A stretch of DNA of 62,913 bases, counting the filler, from Sphacelaria rigidula (taxonomy: Eukaryota): the NCBI GenBank assembly GCA_964200075.2. It is 11 parts of 11 records of this genome, joined end to end, with 100 filler letters (N's around TTAATTAATTAA, not from the genome) between each part and the next. Parts side by side here need not be neighbours in the genome. Positions count along the whole stretch, not along the records: positions 1 to 5,629 come from CAXNAA020025734.1; positions 5,730 to 11,358 come from CAXNAA020025735.1; positions 11,459 to 17,087 come from CAXNAA020025736.1; 8 more parts are not named here. One strand, given 5' to 3'. The position numbers and the translations under genes are program-made. Shown here one piece after another: positions 1 through 12,502 of this stretch (position 1 is its first letter; each line of letters begins with the position of its first letter). The notes under the pieces were generated by a model. The model did no database searches. It was given only the letters and a program-made list of their open reading frames with translations, and had not been told where the DNA came from.

Positions 1-1410
1 GGCGAGGAGCTTCCTTTCTGTCGTTGCTTCTCTCTCTGGTGATATCGTCATCGACACGCGTGTACACCGCATTCGTTAGGTGCACCTAGCCACAGCTGCT
101 CAACTGCTGCGGTCATTTGGGGGGGCGTAGGGGGAAGATGGCTTCGCTAGGTCGCTACTTGTAGTGTTTCGGGTCTTCCGTGCAAGAGAGATATGCCACT
201 TCAACCCCATATTTTGTGTGAACCCCAAAATTTAAAATCAGCTGTTAAATTGTGGCCAATTTCCAGAGGCTTTTTAATGAAAGATGGCCCTTTAAGGTCG
301 CGTTCTAGAAAAAGTCTAAGGAGATTGACCAAAACGACTTTTCTCAGAGAATTATTTTAGTCTATAAGAAGCGACCTAATTGGAGCCGTTTAAAATTTCT
401 GTTCAAAAGTGACTTTTTGGCCCTTCTTCGTCGTTTTACGCCTGAAAAAAGGGCTAGGCAGATATTGGCGCCTTGGAATGACTTGCTCTGCTCATTGAGG
501 CCGTTCCAGGGCAACTGCGCATTTCTCGCTGGCCGCACTTTCATGTCTGGCCAAAAACACGGATAATCAACAAAAGCGGTCAAGCGATAAAAAAACAGGG
601 GGAAATTTTGATCACCTGACCGTTTTTTACTGAAAACTCGTGTTCGGCGTCATTCGGCCAAAAACAAGGATGCGGTCAGCGGGAAATGCAAAGTTGCCTT
701 AGAACGGTCTCATCGACTTGACCAAGTAATTCCAACGCGTCAACGTCCGCCTAGCCCTCTTTTCGGGCGTCAAACGACGGAGAAGGACCCAAAGGTAGTT
801 TTCGACAGAAATTTTGAACGGTTCCCATTAGAGTTGGCCTTACTACTACTCCAATGCGCTGAGGATATCCCGAATGAATGTGCAAACGGGGATGCCCTGC
901 CCCATATTTTTGTGCATCTAGAATCGTTGGGAGTTCCTGAACTAGACATTATTTCGCGAAAAACGTGCACTCCTACCGTAGCATTGCTCACCGGTACCAT
1001 TTTCGACTTTTGCACGTCATTTTTGATTGTGAAGTTCTCGACCGCTGCTGCAGGCGCCAGCGTACAGTACAGGTGGTCAGCGTCAGAAGTATGCACAATT
1101 CGTCATTTCTTAGTTTCTCGAAGATTTTACAAATTTGTTTCGTATGCCACCGCTCATCACAGTGACTGTTGGATGCCAAAAAATGGATATCTCGAAATAA
1201 TTTCATCCTCATGACACATGTTGAAAGATAAAATATCTGCGATCAATATTGAATGACTTACGGGCTTGACCGATCTTCGGGGGTTCTACGAAAGTGCAAC
1301 CCTAGGTTCTAGCTTTTCGCTATTTTCGGTGGGCCGACTCGATCCTGACCATATAAGCGAAGACTGAAAAAATGATTATTTTTCCCACTTTCACCTTTTT
1401 ACTGCGCCAA

Positions 1411-1894
1411 AGCCGGAAAAATATGTTTCTTGGACCATTCCCGGTCAATGACACCCTCCTGATAAACGGGGTCTTTACTCCGTATCGCCCCCGCAACACC
1501 AACTTGGGCATTGTGATTTGACCATGGTCTGCTGATTTTGCCAAAACTATGGATGCTAGCACTTTCGAGTGCTCATCAAGAATAGCATGCGGAAAAAAAC
1601 CGAAAAGAGGTCACCCGCAGAAAATGCTAGACTGAGGTCTGTGCAGTACAGGAGGGAAACACGACCTCGATCGTCATTGTGAAGACTTGTGTACATACAT
1701 ATTCATCTATCTCAATATTTATCGTTTCGTTCCGGAAGAGCCGGAAAACTGTTTTAATTGGACCAAATACGGTCAATAACACCCTCCTGATAAACGGGGT
1801 ATCTAGTCCGTATCGCCCCGAAAACACCAACTTGGACACTGCAGTTTGAGCGCGGCCCACGATTTCCCCTAAATCTACCGGCGCTAGCACTTTC
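1411..1894. repeat. Diverged direct repeat, two ~156-bp copies (1411-1566, 1739-1894)
   Basis: Both copies read AGCCGGAAAA...ACACCCTCCTGATAAACGGGGT...TCCGTATCGCCCC...AACACCAACTTGG...GCTAGCACTTTC, 328 bp apart. Probably internal repeats of a non-autonomous DNA transposon (inference). Confidence 0.8.
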
Positions 1895-2959
1895 AAGAAA
1901 TAGGGAAGAATAATACTCGAGAAAAACTCAAGAACCACAACAACTATGAATTCTGAAAACTTCTGATGCCAAGGCCGGATGCTATGGCACACAGAGTTTT
2001 GGCCCACGGTTTGTTTACTTTTGGAACGTTTGAGTCACTTTTTGACCCCCAAACAGAAAAATCGTCAACACACGTTTTAGACACTTTGCATCACCCCACA
2101 GAGAGGAGCCTAGTACACTTTTCAGATTCGTTTGACTCTAAGGTTTCGAGACTGGCGGCTGAATAATAATCCGTGTGCAATAAAATCTACGGCGATCTTC
2201 ACAGTTTATCGGGCAAAGTGGCGGGGGTCGGCAAGCACAGATTTTCGCACACGGATGATTATTGTTCAGCGGCCAATCTCGAAACCTCGGAGCCAAGCGA
2301 ATTTGAAAAGTAGGTTAAGCTACTTACTCTCTGTGGGGGAATGCAAAGTGTCCGAGATGTGTGATGGCGATTCCCCCTGTTTGAGGGTAAAAAATTGGCT
2401 CAAACGTCCCAAAAGTGATCAATCCGTGGACCAAACATGTGTTTGCCATAAAATGTGGCCTGACTACGATAAAACTTGCTGCACCAGTCGAGCACACGAC
2501 ACCCAGTATGTATGATGTACCGAAGCACAGTCCCTTTCATCCCCCGAGCAAATCAAACAAAGCGAATTCCGATTTTGGGCAATACTGTCTGTGTGCCCTC
2601 AAAACGGCCATCTCGCGGCCGAGATTCTGTTCACCGTGAGTGAATGCATATATGGACAGGGTAGCGCACTCACTTCCGCAGCATGACCAACTGGGAGGCT
2701 GCAGTGCTCGCAAACAAACGTACAGCATACATCAGTTCTGGCGCCGCCTCTAGATGATGACAAGCTGTAGAAAAGCCATTCCGGTATCGGCTGCAGAGAT
2801 GCTCAAATCAGAAGGCATGCTCGCGGTGTCGTCGCTACTATGCTCAATCAACAAGTCTATGCGTCTAGAGCTGGGGTTAGGCGTTTCAGCAGTGCGCAAG
2901 GGGATGAAAAATGCTCTATTTATGTTCCAAAGTAATTGTTTGTTTTTGCGCAAGGCTGT

Positions 2960-4290
2960 GGGGATAAAGCCAGCGTGGCTGCTGGTGATGGGGGGAAGGC
3001 AGATCTACGCTCGATGAAGAGACAAATAGCCGATGCCTTGCAACCTTGTGATGTTCACTGTGCATTCTCACGAATGTTCATCCGTAATTGTCTGAACGAA
3101 ACCAGGGAACTGATTTCATTTCGTCATGGCGATGATGAAGTGACGGTTCACAACTTCATCATCACAAGAAACCAAGCGCTGTTCTCGAGCGTGCACGCGA
3201 ACAGACCAGTGACTTCAAGAAGGGTAGCTATCACGCGCAAGGGGGTATGGGTATTGTCGCAGGTCGAAACGCGGACCGCCTTCCGCACGAGAAGAAGAAG
3301 AAGCAACAGCAGCAGTACCAGCAGCACCTTTAATTTATGCCAGTAAATGCATGCGGCTGGGGGTGGGTCTAAATCAGCCGGTGCCGATACTGCTGCTGCT
3401 GCTGCTGCTGCTGCCGTTCTTACTCATGAGAGTGACGATCCGCGTTTCGATCGTGCTACAAGTACAACGCCCACGCAGCTTGCACGTGATAGCCATCGTG
3501 CTGGAAAGCGCCGGTCCGTACTACCCGCCGATGGGTCTATGCTTCCTCACTAGGCGAAGTGCTGGGAGATATAGCTTCGCGCATCTCTCTGTGCGAGCTG
3601 TGCACGTCCGGTGTGTCTCGCACGCGTGGCTGCTGCTCGTGATGGGAATGAAGCCAGCGTCCGCTACAGGGGGAAACGAGTGATGCGTACTTGTACTGAA
3701 AATGCTACTGTATGGGGATAACAACTCGCAAATAGATCATACAGTAGTTTCTGTTGGGATACGAGAGGGCAATAATGCGACAGGTGGATGAATTTTGTCG
3801 CACGTCAAAACGCGGACCGCCTCCCGCACGAGAAGCAGCAGCAGCAGCAGCAGCAGCAGCATCTATATTGCCAGTGAATGTGTACGGCTGCGGGTGGGTC
3901 TGAATCAGCCGGTGCTGCTGCTGGTGCTGCTGGTGCTGCTGCTGCTTCTCTTGATTGTAGACTGTCTGTGTTTCGACCGTGCGACGACACCCACGCACCC
4001 TGCGAGTGAGAGCCACCGTGTTGGACAGCGCTAGTACTTACTACCCGCCGATGGGTTTACGCTTGCTCACTCGGCGAAGTTCTGGGAAATATAGCTGTGC
4101 GCATCTCTCTGTGGCAACTGTGAACGTGGAGTATGTCTCGCACGCGTAGCTACTGCTGGTGATGGGATTGAAGCCAGCGTGGCTACCGCTAGCGACGGGA
4201 AGACAACTCTGTCCGATGAAGAGCCCAAGAGCGCACGCCTTGCAACCACGTGAAGTTACTCTTCGCATTCTCATTCAAATGTCCATCCGC
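2960..4290 (+). repeat. Tandem copies of a CAG/CTG-containing fold-back repeat family (about 3227-3680 and 3796-4290, partial copy 2960-3085)
   Basis: Shared blocks AAACGCGGACCGCC, AATCAGCCGGTGC, TACTACCCGCCGATGGGT, GCGCATCTCTCTGTG and AAGCCAGCGT. Each full copy carries a (CAG)n arm and a complementary (CTG)n arm. Confidence 0.8.
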
Positions 4291-4342
4291 TCTCACGAAA
4301 ATCAATTCTCAACAGATTAATTTGTGAGGGCCTCTCTATTCT

Positions 4343-4801
4343 CACTATAATATTCGTGAGATTCAGAGAGTAGTTTCAGATTCAGAGTGAGACCCGAAAC
4401 AATCGACTGTCCCATCGATTTTGACATCGCCACAGTTCAAGGAGTAATGCGCCCAGCTGCTGAAGCGGTGGCGACAATTACACCCGTCACCTACACGATC
4501 ANNNNNNNNNNCTTGATCGCAACGATGTAGTCAGTCCATAACAGCAAAAGATCCCCTCTTTCAGGAAAAACCGATTAGTGCCTGAAACAGTTTCAGTTCC
4601 GAAATTCCCCCCAGGCATAAAAATGCTTTGTGCGGTATCTCACCAACCAGACCGCCGAATTCCTCGAATGGGGTACTGTACGGTAGCTGCATGTACAGCA
4701 CGTCTGCTCAATCAAAAACAAAGAAAAAAAATCGCCTGTTGGGAACGCTAGAGCATCCACTCTGAATCTGAAACTACGTTCTGAATCTCACGAACATAGT
4801 G
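4343..4801. mobile_element. Non-autonomous CACTA-type DNA transposon (MITE)
   Basis: Left end CACTATAATATTCGTGAGATTCAGAGAGTAGTTTCAGATTCAGAGTG. Right end reverse-complemented reads CACTATGTTCGTGAGATTCAGAACGTAGTTTCAGATTCAGAGTG. Flanking triplets TCT/TTT are an imperfect TSD. Contains an internal N gap. Confidence 0.65.
4502..4511. other. Scaffold gap (10 N) inside contig 1
   Basis: Run of 10 N. Confidence 0.99.
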
Positions 4802-5267
4802 TTTTTAGGTCGAGTCTTAGACCGACTCTCATGGGAGCCGTTCAGATTTTTTTTCGAAAATTTTGAACAGGTGGTCACGAAACCGATCATGATGGAACAA
4901 AATCGTCAAGATTTTGACCTCCAAAATTTTGAAGGAACCCAAAAAAGTGGAAAATTTTGGCCAAGCGTTCAGAATCGGGTGACGCGCTTGATTGAGCACC
5001 TGTTCAAAAGTTGGCACAAGAAGTAAAATGGGACATGTCATGTTTTGTTGTACAGCAGCGCACGCAGACGGCTCTCTTATAATATGCTGGATCTATCACT
5101 GCACAATCGTGTATTTAAACTTTGCCAAACCTGTCTGGTCTCCGCTAGATTACCTGAGCTGCTGTACTACTATTGCATTCCGAACAACAGTAGTTGACAG
5201 GCAGTGCTGTCTTGCCGAAGTTGAAAATACAATGTTGCTGACATGAAGCATAAAAGTCACGTAACTG

Positions 5268-5559
5268 TTCATGGGCGCACAGCTGGTTTCCGTCCCCAGC
5301 AGTAGCCACGCTGATCCCATCGCCAGCAGTAGCCACGCGTGGGAGACACACTCGTCGTGCACAGCTCCCACAGAGAGAGGTGTGCACAGCTATATATCCC
5401 AGCACTTCGCCGAGTGAGCAAGCATGGGCCCATCGGTGGGTAGTACGGACTAGCGCTTTCCAGCACGGTGGCTATCACGCGCAAGGGGAGTGGGCGTTGT
5501 TGCATGATCGAAACGCGGACCGTATCTCGCACGAGGAAGAGCAGCAACAGCAGCAGCAA
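5268..5559 (-). repeat. Inverted copy of the CAG/CTG repeat family
   Basis: Reverse complement of about 3390-3690 and 3920-4220 (CCCAGCACTTCGCCGAGTGAGCAAGCA, CCCATCGGTGGGTAGTA, GATCGAAACGCGGAC). Confidence 0.8.
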
Positions 5560-5629
5560 TAAACAGCCGATTTTCGAAAATGGGGTTGAAAAAAAATGAG
5601 GTTCAACTCAAAAGCCGTGCTTTCCCTTA

Positions 5630-5729
5630 NNNNNNNNNNNNNNNNNNNNNNNNNNNNNNNNNNNNNNNNNNNNTTAATTAATTAANNNNNNNNNNNNNNN
5701 NNNNNNNNNNNNNNNNNNNNNNNNNNNNN
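5630..5729. other. Artificial contig linker
   Basis: N44 + TTAATTAATTAA (stops in all six frames) + N44. Confidence 0.99.
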
Positions 5730-5765
5730 CAAAAGCACCATCCTCAACATAGATGATTGGCTGTT

Positions 5766-5885
5766 TGAAGAAGTATCTACGCGATTGAGGGGCATTAGTG
5801 CGACAAAAACGTCATTGGGCACCATCCCTGAAAGTGTCGGGAAGCACTGTTTTAGGCTTGAACCTCATCTCGGAGTTTAACCTCA
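5766..5885 (+). mobile_element. Fragment of the palindromic MITE family seen at 21606-22189
   Basis: TGAAGAAGTATCTACGCGATTGAGGGGCATTAG...GTCATTGGGCACCATC.CTGAAAGTG aligns to about 21966-22085. Confidence 0.8.
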
Positions 5886-6273
5886 ATTCGCACAATTTGT
5901 TGTTATTCGTCTTGTTCCTGTGTGTTCCTCGAGGTCGCTGAAATTTCCTGGGGGCGTCGGGGCTGGCGCAGTCACAGTTGTCTTCGGTTCTGCTCAATAT
6001 GTCGTAGATGAAAACGTATTCCAAGAACATTGGAAACCAACCAGACGTTGAAAACTCACCTGTTGATCTCATCTTCCCCGCAACCCTCTCCTACATCCGT
6101 GCGGCGATAAAGAACGGACGGCTGGACGGTGTTTGGTGCCGCCACAGCAGTAATGATGTAACACATAAAACACTGCCGCGGTTGATGATGAACGTGGTGT
6201 GAACAAGATATCATGTCGTCTCCTTTCAAGGTCCGTGCTCAACGGACATTTGAATAGTCTCATGATTCGGCAG

Positions 6274-6657
6274 GTATGTGTGTATGTATGTGTGCGTGTT
6301 GCCATCCCCATATATTCTGGACGCCTGTCTACACCTTTCGGTATGTGCGGGCGCATCAGCCGGGGTTACACAGGATGAAGGTCGACACACGGCTTTTTGC
6401 TTCTTTCGTTTGCTTTAGAACTTCACCTTCCTGCTGCGGTGCTTGCCTCACGTTTTTGTCACGAGTGGGGTTCAGCAGTCCCTTTTCCTCGTCGACCGTG
6501 AAATCGAATTTTGTGTACCCACGACATGGGTCGCTCTCTACTGTTGGGTATTGTGTGAGGGAAAAAACAGATTGCGTGACTGCACCGAGATTCGAACCCA
6601 CGACCCATCCGTCGACAAAAGTTTCGAGGTTACCAACTGAGCCGCCGGGGCGACCGG
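6274..6657 (-). mobile_element. tRNA-derived SINE
   Basis: Minus-strand head CCGGTCGCCCCGGCGGCTCAGTTGGTAACC...GGGTTCGAATCTCGG with Pol III A box (GGCTCAGTTGG) and B box (GGTTCGAATC). About 300 bp of body follows, then a CACA/CATA simple-repeat tail at about 6274-6300. Confidence 0.8.
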
Positions 6658-9600
6658 GGGTGCGGTGTAGCTTTCCGATAAGCTGCATTGTAGTCGTTTG
6701 GCCGTTTGTGTACGCAGTGTTGTTTCAAGTTGTCGATGTATCGCCCGCGGGTTTGAAAAACGCCGGAGAGCGAACCGATACAGGTTGCACCGCGTTTTGG
6801 CGTACCACGATCCAAAGTTTGGGAATTTGTTCAGTGTGGCAATTACTTGCCTACGGCGCTTCCAAACCCCATCCCGCCCAGCCAACTCATTTACCGTACC
6901 AGCTCGGCTCTTTATTATCTCTTGATTCGCTTTGAACCGTATTTGATGAGATCGGAAAGACTCGAGTTGTCAAAACATGACGGCCCCTTCGTGTACCAGG
7001 TGCCAGGGATACTGCAACAGACGTTCGGGAAAACCTCGGTGTCATGATGCCGTCATCAGACAGTTGTTTCCACTGTAAATTGTGACAAAGTAAACACGGC
7101 AGACACATGTGTGTTTTCCTCGATGTTTCAAGGTACTGTTACTCATCACTTGAAAATTACATCACGTGTTGCAGGCTGTTGAAACAAGCACTGGGGGCGT
7201 GCTTTGTTGGGCAGAGAGATGGCCCGCTCTGCCAAGCTCACCTCGCATCCGACAAGATACCATTTGTGTGTCACGTACTGCGTCAGTCTTGACCCTAAGT
7301 GCAACATGTGGATGCAAGAAGGGGACCGACCCCCCAGTCGTGCCTACCGAGACATGGCCAAACTTTGGGCATCGCGCGACCTTCACAATGCAGACGCGCG
7401 ACTGGCTTCGAATTGTACGCGTAGCATGTATGTGCACCACTGACCTTTCAAAACCCTGCCAAGTTCTTCTCTTTCTTTGTTGGCAATTCATCCCCACTGC
7501 GTTCGTGAAACAATCGTCAAAATACCCGTTACCAAATGATGTAGAAAAATCGCGAGACAAGTGAAGGGTTCAAAGACAGAACAGCGGGTGTGCAGGAAAA
7601 AGACACAACGGCAGGCCAGGGGTATCCAACAAATCTCGTGGAAAATTCCGCACGACATGCTCGGCTTGCGATTGTATCGGTAGACATCGTAGGCGACAGT
7701 GCGTGTTTTTGCTAAATTTCAGTAGTAGTTGGAATTTTTCGACGGCAATCGAACAATCGGAGAGAGGTTGAACATTTTAGATTTTGTCTCTTTTTGCGGC
7801 AAGATATCGTTGAAGACCAGAGAATCGTCTGGCACGCAGTCACTGATGAAGTTCGTATTGTGTTATGCAGTAGATCGGAACTCATCAATCAACACAACAG
7901 CCACAGACCACCACAACAGCACTCACAGCAAAAACAGACTCCACCACCCCCAAGCATTCTAGAACACACCACAAAACTGACGCAAAGGGAAGAGAGCAGA
8001 GGGAGAACTTTTGGCTTATTACTGAGCCCAGCGCTACAACCAGAACAGCAAAAACAACGGCGAAAACAACAGCAGCATCAGCAGCAGGATGAACAGGTGC
8101 GCATGAGACAGACATGTTACTCTAGCACGGAACATCTACGGAGAGGAGGGGTCGTATAGCATGAGAGAAGAGAGCCCTATAACGAACTTTTTGTTCACCA
8201 TGTTGGCGACTTCCAGATAAATATACAGTATCAAGCGTGAAGTGAATATTTTGGCCGTTGAAGTAGTATACGATAAAAGCATCCGCCGTTTCCTCTCGCC
8301 TTCCTCTCATCACCACCGGAAAGGTCCCGTGTGTGTAACAAGACGCTGTGTTTGGGTGAGTGCAGCTCAGTAGTAGTAGAAGTGGTAAGGCACATATACT
8401 GTTGCTGTGTTTTTGATGTAAGGCGCACGGACCGCATGCCATATACAGTACATATATATATATATATATATGCCTACAGAAGAGAGTGATTGCGTGGAAC
8501 AAGAAAAAATGGGTGTGTGAGAAATACGAAAGCACGTATCGATCGCACAGTACCACAACGCTTGATGACAACAAGAGGTGACCGTGCAGAGCCGAGCAGT
8601 ACAGACAGTGGTGATACCCGCGCTGACTGCACATGTTGTCTCTCTGTATGTAGAGTGGTTTGCTTCAACAAAGAGTGTGACGCGAGCAAGACCCCTTCGA
8701 CTACAGTGGTACCAGATGCAGCAGCGGTAGCAGTTTTCCGCACCAAAAATTACGTCTCAAGGTTGCTCGTACACAGCACAAAGGGGTTAGCTTGGGGTCT
8801 GAAAGTTTGACTATGTTGTGGGCAGTCGTGTCGTGTTTTACATTTTCAGCGCGTGTGCTGGGCGAGAGTCAATGCCAAACAACCGCGGCTGTCTTTTTGT
8901 CACCTTCGGTCACGAAACTCAAACCGCTGCGTGTCGTGCACCGTGCAGCGGTGTGTTCTACGTCACAGCGTGCATGTAGGCAACGCAGCGCACGTCCTAT
9001 ATTAACTGCTCCTTTTTTTAGAGTCTTCAGAGCAACTGACATGTCCGAGCAACACGAAAGCCATGGGCGCTTTATATCGTAGTAGGTTTCGTTTTTCAGT
9101 CATCCACTTTGTTCAAAACAAGTGTGAACGAAAAAAACGGTCCCAATGAGTTCTATGAGAGCGTCGTTGTTATTTATTTGCTTGTTGTTCGTCCACCTTG
9201 TGTCGTTCGCGTCGGAACAACGCACGTCTTCGTCTTGATGTAACGCGAGTTTTGTCGCACCAAGAGACGAAACAAAATATACTACCTTGGTGTTAGTCGC
9301 ACACTCAGGGGTTGTGCCAATACACAGGCAGGAGGGAGGGTGAGTGATTGTGCTGCTAGACACTTATAACATATACCCTAGACATCGCACACAGTGCTCA
9401 ATCACTCACGGAGCTTCTGGTCGGCTTTTTGAGACGTAGTACTTTGCTGCTGCACTATTTTCGGGCTCCGGAAAAATGGCGGGGGGCGCGGCACCTGGGC
9501 ACGGTGTTTGATGTTTCCGTCCAAGTGTATTACAAGAAACCGACAACTGTTATTACCGGCCTGCAAGCTTCGACCCGATCCCATATTTTTTTACCGTTCA

Positions 9601-9847
9601 CGAGGTATCGATGGTAAAAACACAACATTTTACTGTCGGGGAGCAAAGTGCAAACACATACATTTGCTGCCGCTTGGATTGAAGGTAGCACATCCCATAG
9701 CGCAGCGCCGTCCGGTAGATACGCACAAAAAATGTGACGCATGCGTCACGTGTGATCGTGCGGTACAAACACATCGCGCGTCAGTCTTCGGCGCACGTCA
9801 GTAAATAAACCATGACGGAAACGATCACAATGCTAACAACGTCTATA

Positions 9848-9950
9848 ACAGCAGCAACAGCAGCAACAACAATAACAACAATAACAACAAACACAACAAA
9901 CACAACAGCAGCAACAGTAGCGACAACAACGATAACGACAGCAGCAGCTG
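9848..9950 (+). repeat. Imperfect (CAG/CAA)n microsatellite
   Basis: acagcagcaacagcagcaacaacaataacaacaataacaac... Confidence 0.9.
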
Positions 9951-10848
9951 CATCAACAAAACACAGGTAAAACAGGCGCAGTGTGCTCCCGTACTATACC
10001 TGTACAGTGACCCATCTTCCCTACGTGGCGCGAGAGGATGCGTGCTTTTGGCGTCACATCGAACGAAACTGTCCGCTCCCCCCGCCCCGTCCCGCCCCCT
10101 CCAATTCCTTCCCGCCCCTCGCTCCTGAAAAAGATGGGTGCGCCCATCCGTTATAAATAAGGTTTGGAATTTTTGTCTTTTTTTCTTATCCGCAGAGACG
10201 AGAGTCGTGTGATGCTAGCTATTTTCTCGTCAGTAGAGTTGTTTTTCTCATCACGATCGGTTGCACTGCAATATGGCAGTTTCTCGCCGACTTTAAGTAC
10301 TCGTCATGTAGGTAGGGAACTACAGTTAGCTGTGCTGTGGTGTGCTGTGCCGTATGGACTGCTGTACGCCTTCATTTTTTCTTGCTCCCAGCTGTCTCCG
10401 CTGACGGTACGGTTTGGCGTGTGGTTTCGACACGCGTCAGTTATCGACCAACAACCCACTGTTTTTGCCCCGCAGTGACTTTGGCAGGGTGTGAAAATCG
10501 AATGATTTATTCACAGACACACTAAGCGTCGATGTTTCCCCGGCGGAGCAGGCCATTACATTTCACCGCACTGTGGCGAACTGCACTGCACTGTAGGGTA
10601 CTGCAGTGTCCTGCAGTGCGCTGTAACAGTTACACTTTTTGGATAAGTCTATGGTCGCCATATTTCGACAAGATGACGAGTATGTTGGAAAGCAAGGTGC
10701 AAGTCAGTAGTGGATTCGAATTGAAGTCTACTGATGTCCTTTTTTCACGACCCCAGTAGTAAATGAATGTCGTTCGCACCTTGCTTTCCCTTTACCAGTT
10801 GAAAGCTCGTTTTACGAATATCACGACATTATTCTAGGCTTTTGTTTC

Positions 10849-10960
10849 TTATGCGTATTTCGTTTTTTATTTTTATGCGTTTCAGTGCTGTGATTTTTAT
10901 GCTCAAGAGTGAAAATTATGCGCCGTTTTATGCGTATTTTGGTGGATATACCTTATGCGC
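10849..10960 (+). repeat. Cluster of six TTATGC(G) motifs
   Basis: TTATGC recurs six times in about 110 bp. It resembles a transposon subterminal motif array (inference). Confidence 0.5.
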
Positions 10961-11358
10961 CTTTTTCGCGTCCTTGTTGTGGCAAGAGGCGCCGTTTGAT
11001 GTGAAATATGACTCGGTTACTTTTTTTCATCACTCTCACATTAATATAAAGTAGTTTACGTACAGCACAACAACCGATATCAGACCCGCAACGAAGTTCA
11101 AAAGAAGAAACTATCCACACAAACGCCACGACACCACGAGCCACGCCACATGGAAAACCTGTCGGCATCTGCTAGCTGCTGCGGCATCTGCTGTATTTGG
11201 TGGAGTCAATCCCCCGACCCCCCCCCCTTCCCGAGTCAGGCAGGGGTTGCCTGCTTGTGTGTTTGCTATTATTCATTCGTAAAAATGCGCCCGAAATTGA
11301 AGCTGCTGTCTGCGTTGCTGTCTACAAGCAGACGTTTCACCTCTCCTTACGTCTGAGT

Positions 11359-11458
11359 NNNNNNNNNNNNNNNNNNNNNNNNNNNNNNNNNNNNNNNNNN
11401 NNTTAATTAATTAANNNNNNNNNNNNNNNNNNNNNNNNNNNNNNNNNNNNNNNNNNNN
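11359..11458. other. Artificial contig linker
   Basis: N44-TTAATTAATTAA-N44. Confidence 0.99.
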
Positions 11459-11559
11459 CCATATGTCAAGGTCCAATCATAAAATCCATTTCCCTCGCAT
11501 CCAGTCCTGCTTATATGTATCTATCATTGAGTGTGAGTATATTCGATTAACGACGACAG

Positions 11560-11617
11560 CACTACCGCACCCATCGCCACCAACACCGACAGCAGTAGCA
11601 GCGGCAACAACGTCAAC

Positions 11618-11673
<56 letters not shown>

Positions 11674-12131
11674 CGCCAACGCCAACGCCACCACCATCAA
11701 CAGCAGCAACACGCGGAGGATCACCCGTGTCAATCCAACCAAGAAGAACATGGGGTGGCTCGGCGACATGGCCGTGACGGACCGAGCCAAGTCGAAGCGA
11801 AAGCCCATCAAGAAGCGCCCGACTATCGCAAAGAAGACATCGACGCCCGCTACTACAGAAAATTCCACTTCTCCGATCACCAACAAGGGCAAGAAGAAGG
11901 CGCAGAAGAACTCTCCCATGGTGACCGATAAGGCTAGCGGCGCGTGCGTTGGCCCTGGCTCATCACCATCGCCCCCAGTCGCCTCCGCTATCGTCGCCGC
12001 TGCCACCGTCGGTCGCGAAGTGACAGGGAGGAACGCCGGCGATGTCCGTAAGCCTCGATCAGGAACCAGCAACAGCAACAAGCCTACCGTCCGCAAGAGC
12101 GTTGCTGGTAAGCTTGTCGCTAAGAAGGGCT

Positions 12132-12167
<36 letters not shown>

Positions 12168-12502
12168 AGAAGCCGGTAGCACCCAAGGCGCGAAAGAAGA
12201 CCGTATCTCCCGCCCCTCCTCCTTCGATGCAACAGGCGGTAGAAACGGGAGGAAGGGTGGGTGGGGTGGCGGTGGGTGGGGCGGCGGCGGCGGGGGTTGG
12301 AGTGGGCGCGGAGGGCGGGAACGTGGGTGACGGAATGGGTAATGTAGTATATCTCATCGACCTGCTGGCGAACGTTGACGAGGGGGTGGGTTGCGTGGAG
12401 AGCTTGATGCAGCTGCGCGCGGGTGTCGTGGCCGCGGCGACTTTTTCGCTGGAGTTGCTGGCGGATGTGGCACTAGAGAACACGAACGGGGCGGGGGAAT
12501 GA
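11560..12502 (+). CDS. Probable terminal coding exon of an unknown, largely disordered Ser/Asn/Lys/Ala-rich (likely nuclear) protein
   Basis: The frame of ORF 11750-12502 is open from about 11560, after a candidate acceptor (ATTAAC...GACAG|C). It is GC-rich and codon-like, with poly-Ser (AGC)15, basic AKK/KKP segments, poly-Ala (GCG)11 and C-terminal VVYLIDLLANV...SLELLADVALE before TGA. The exon start is inferred. Confidence 0.75.

Noticed and set aside
3347..4034. Poly-Ala/Leu/Gln/Ser ORFs
   Set aside because: They are by-products of CAG/CTG tracts inside a repeat family, with no splice or domain support.
6575..6657. tRNA gene on the minus strand
   Set aside because: A and B boxes are present, but there is no convincing acceptor or D stem, and it continues into a SINE body and tail.
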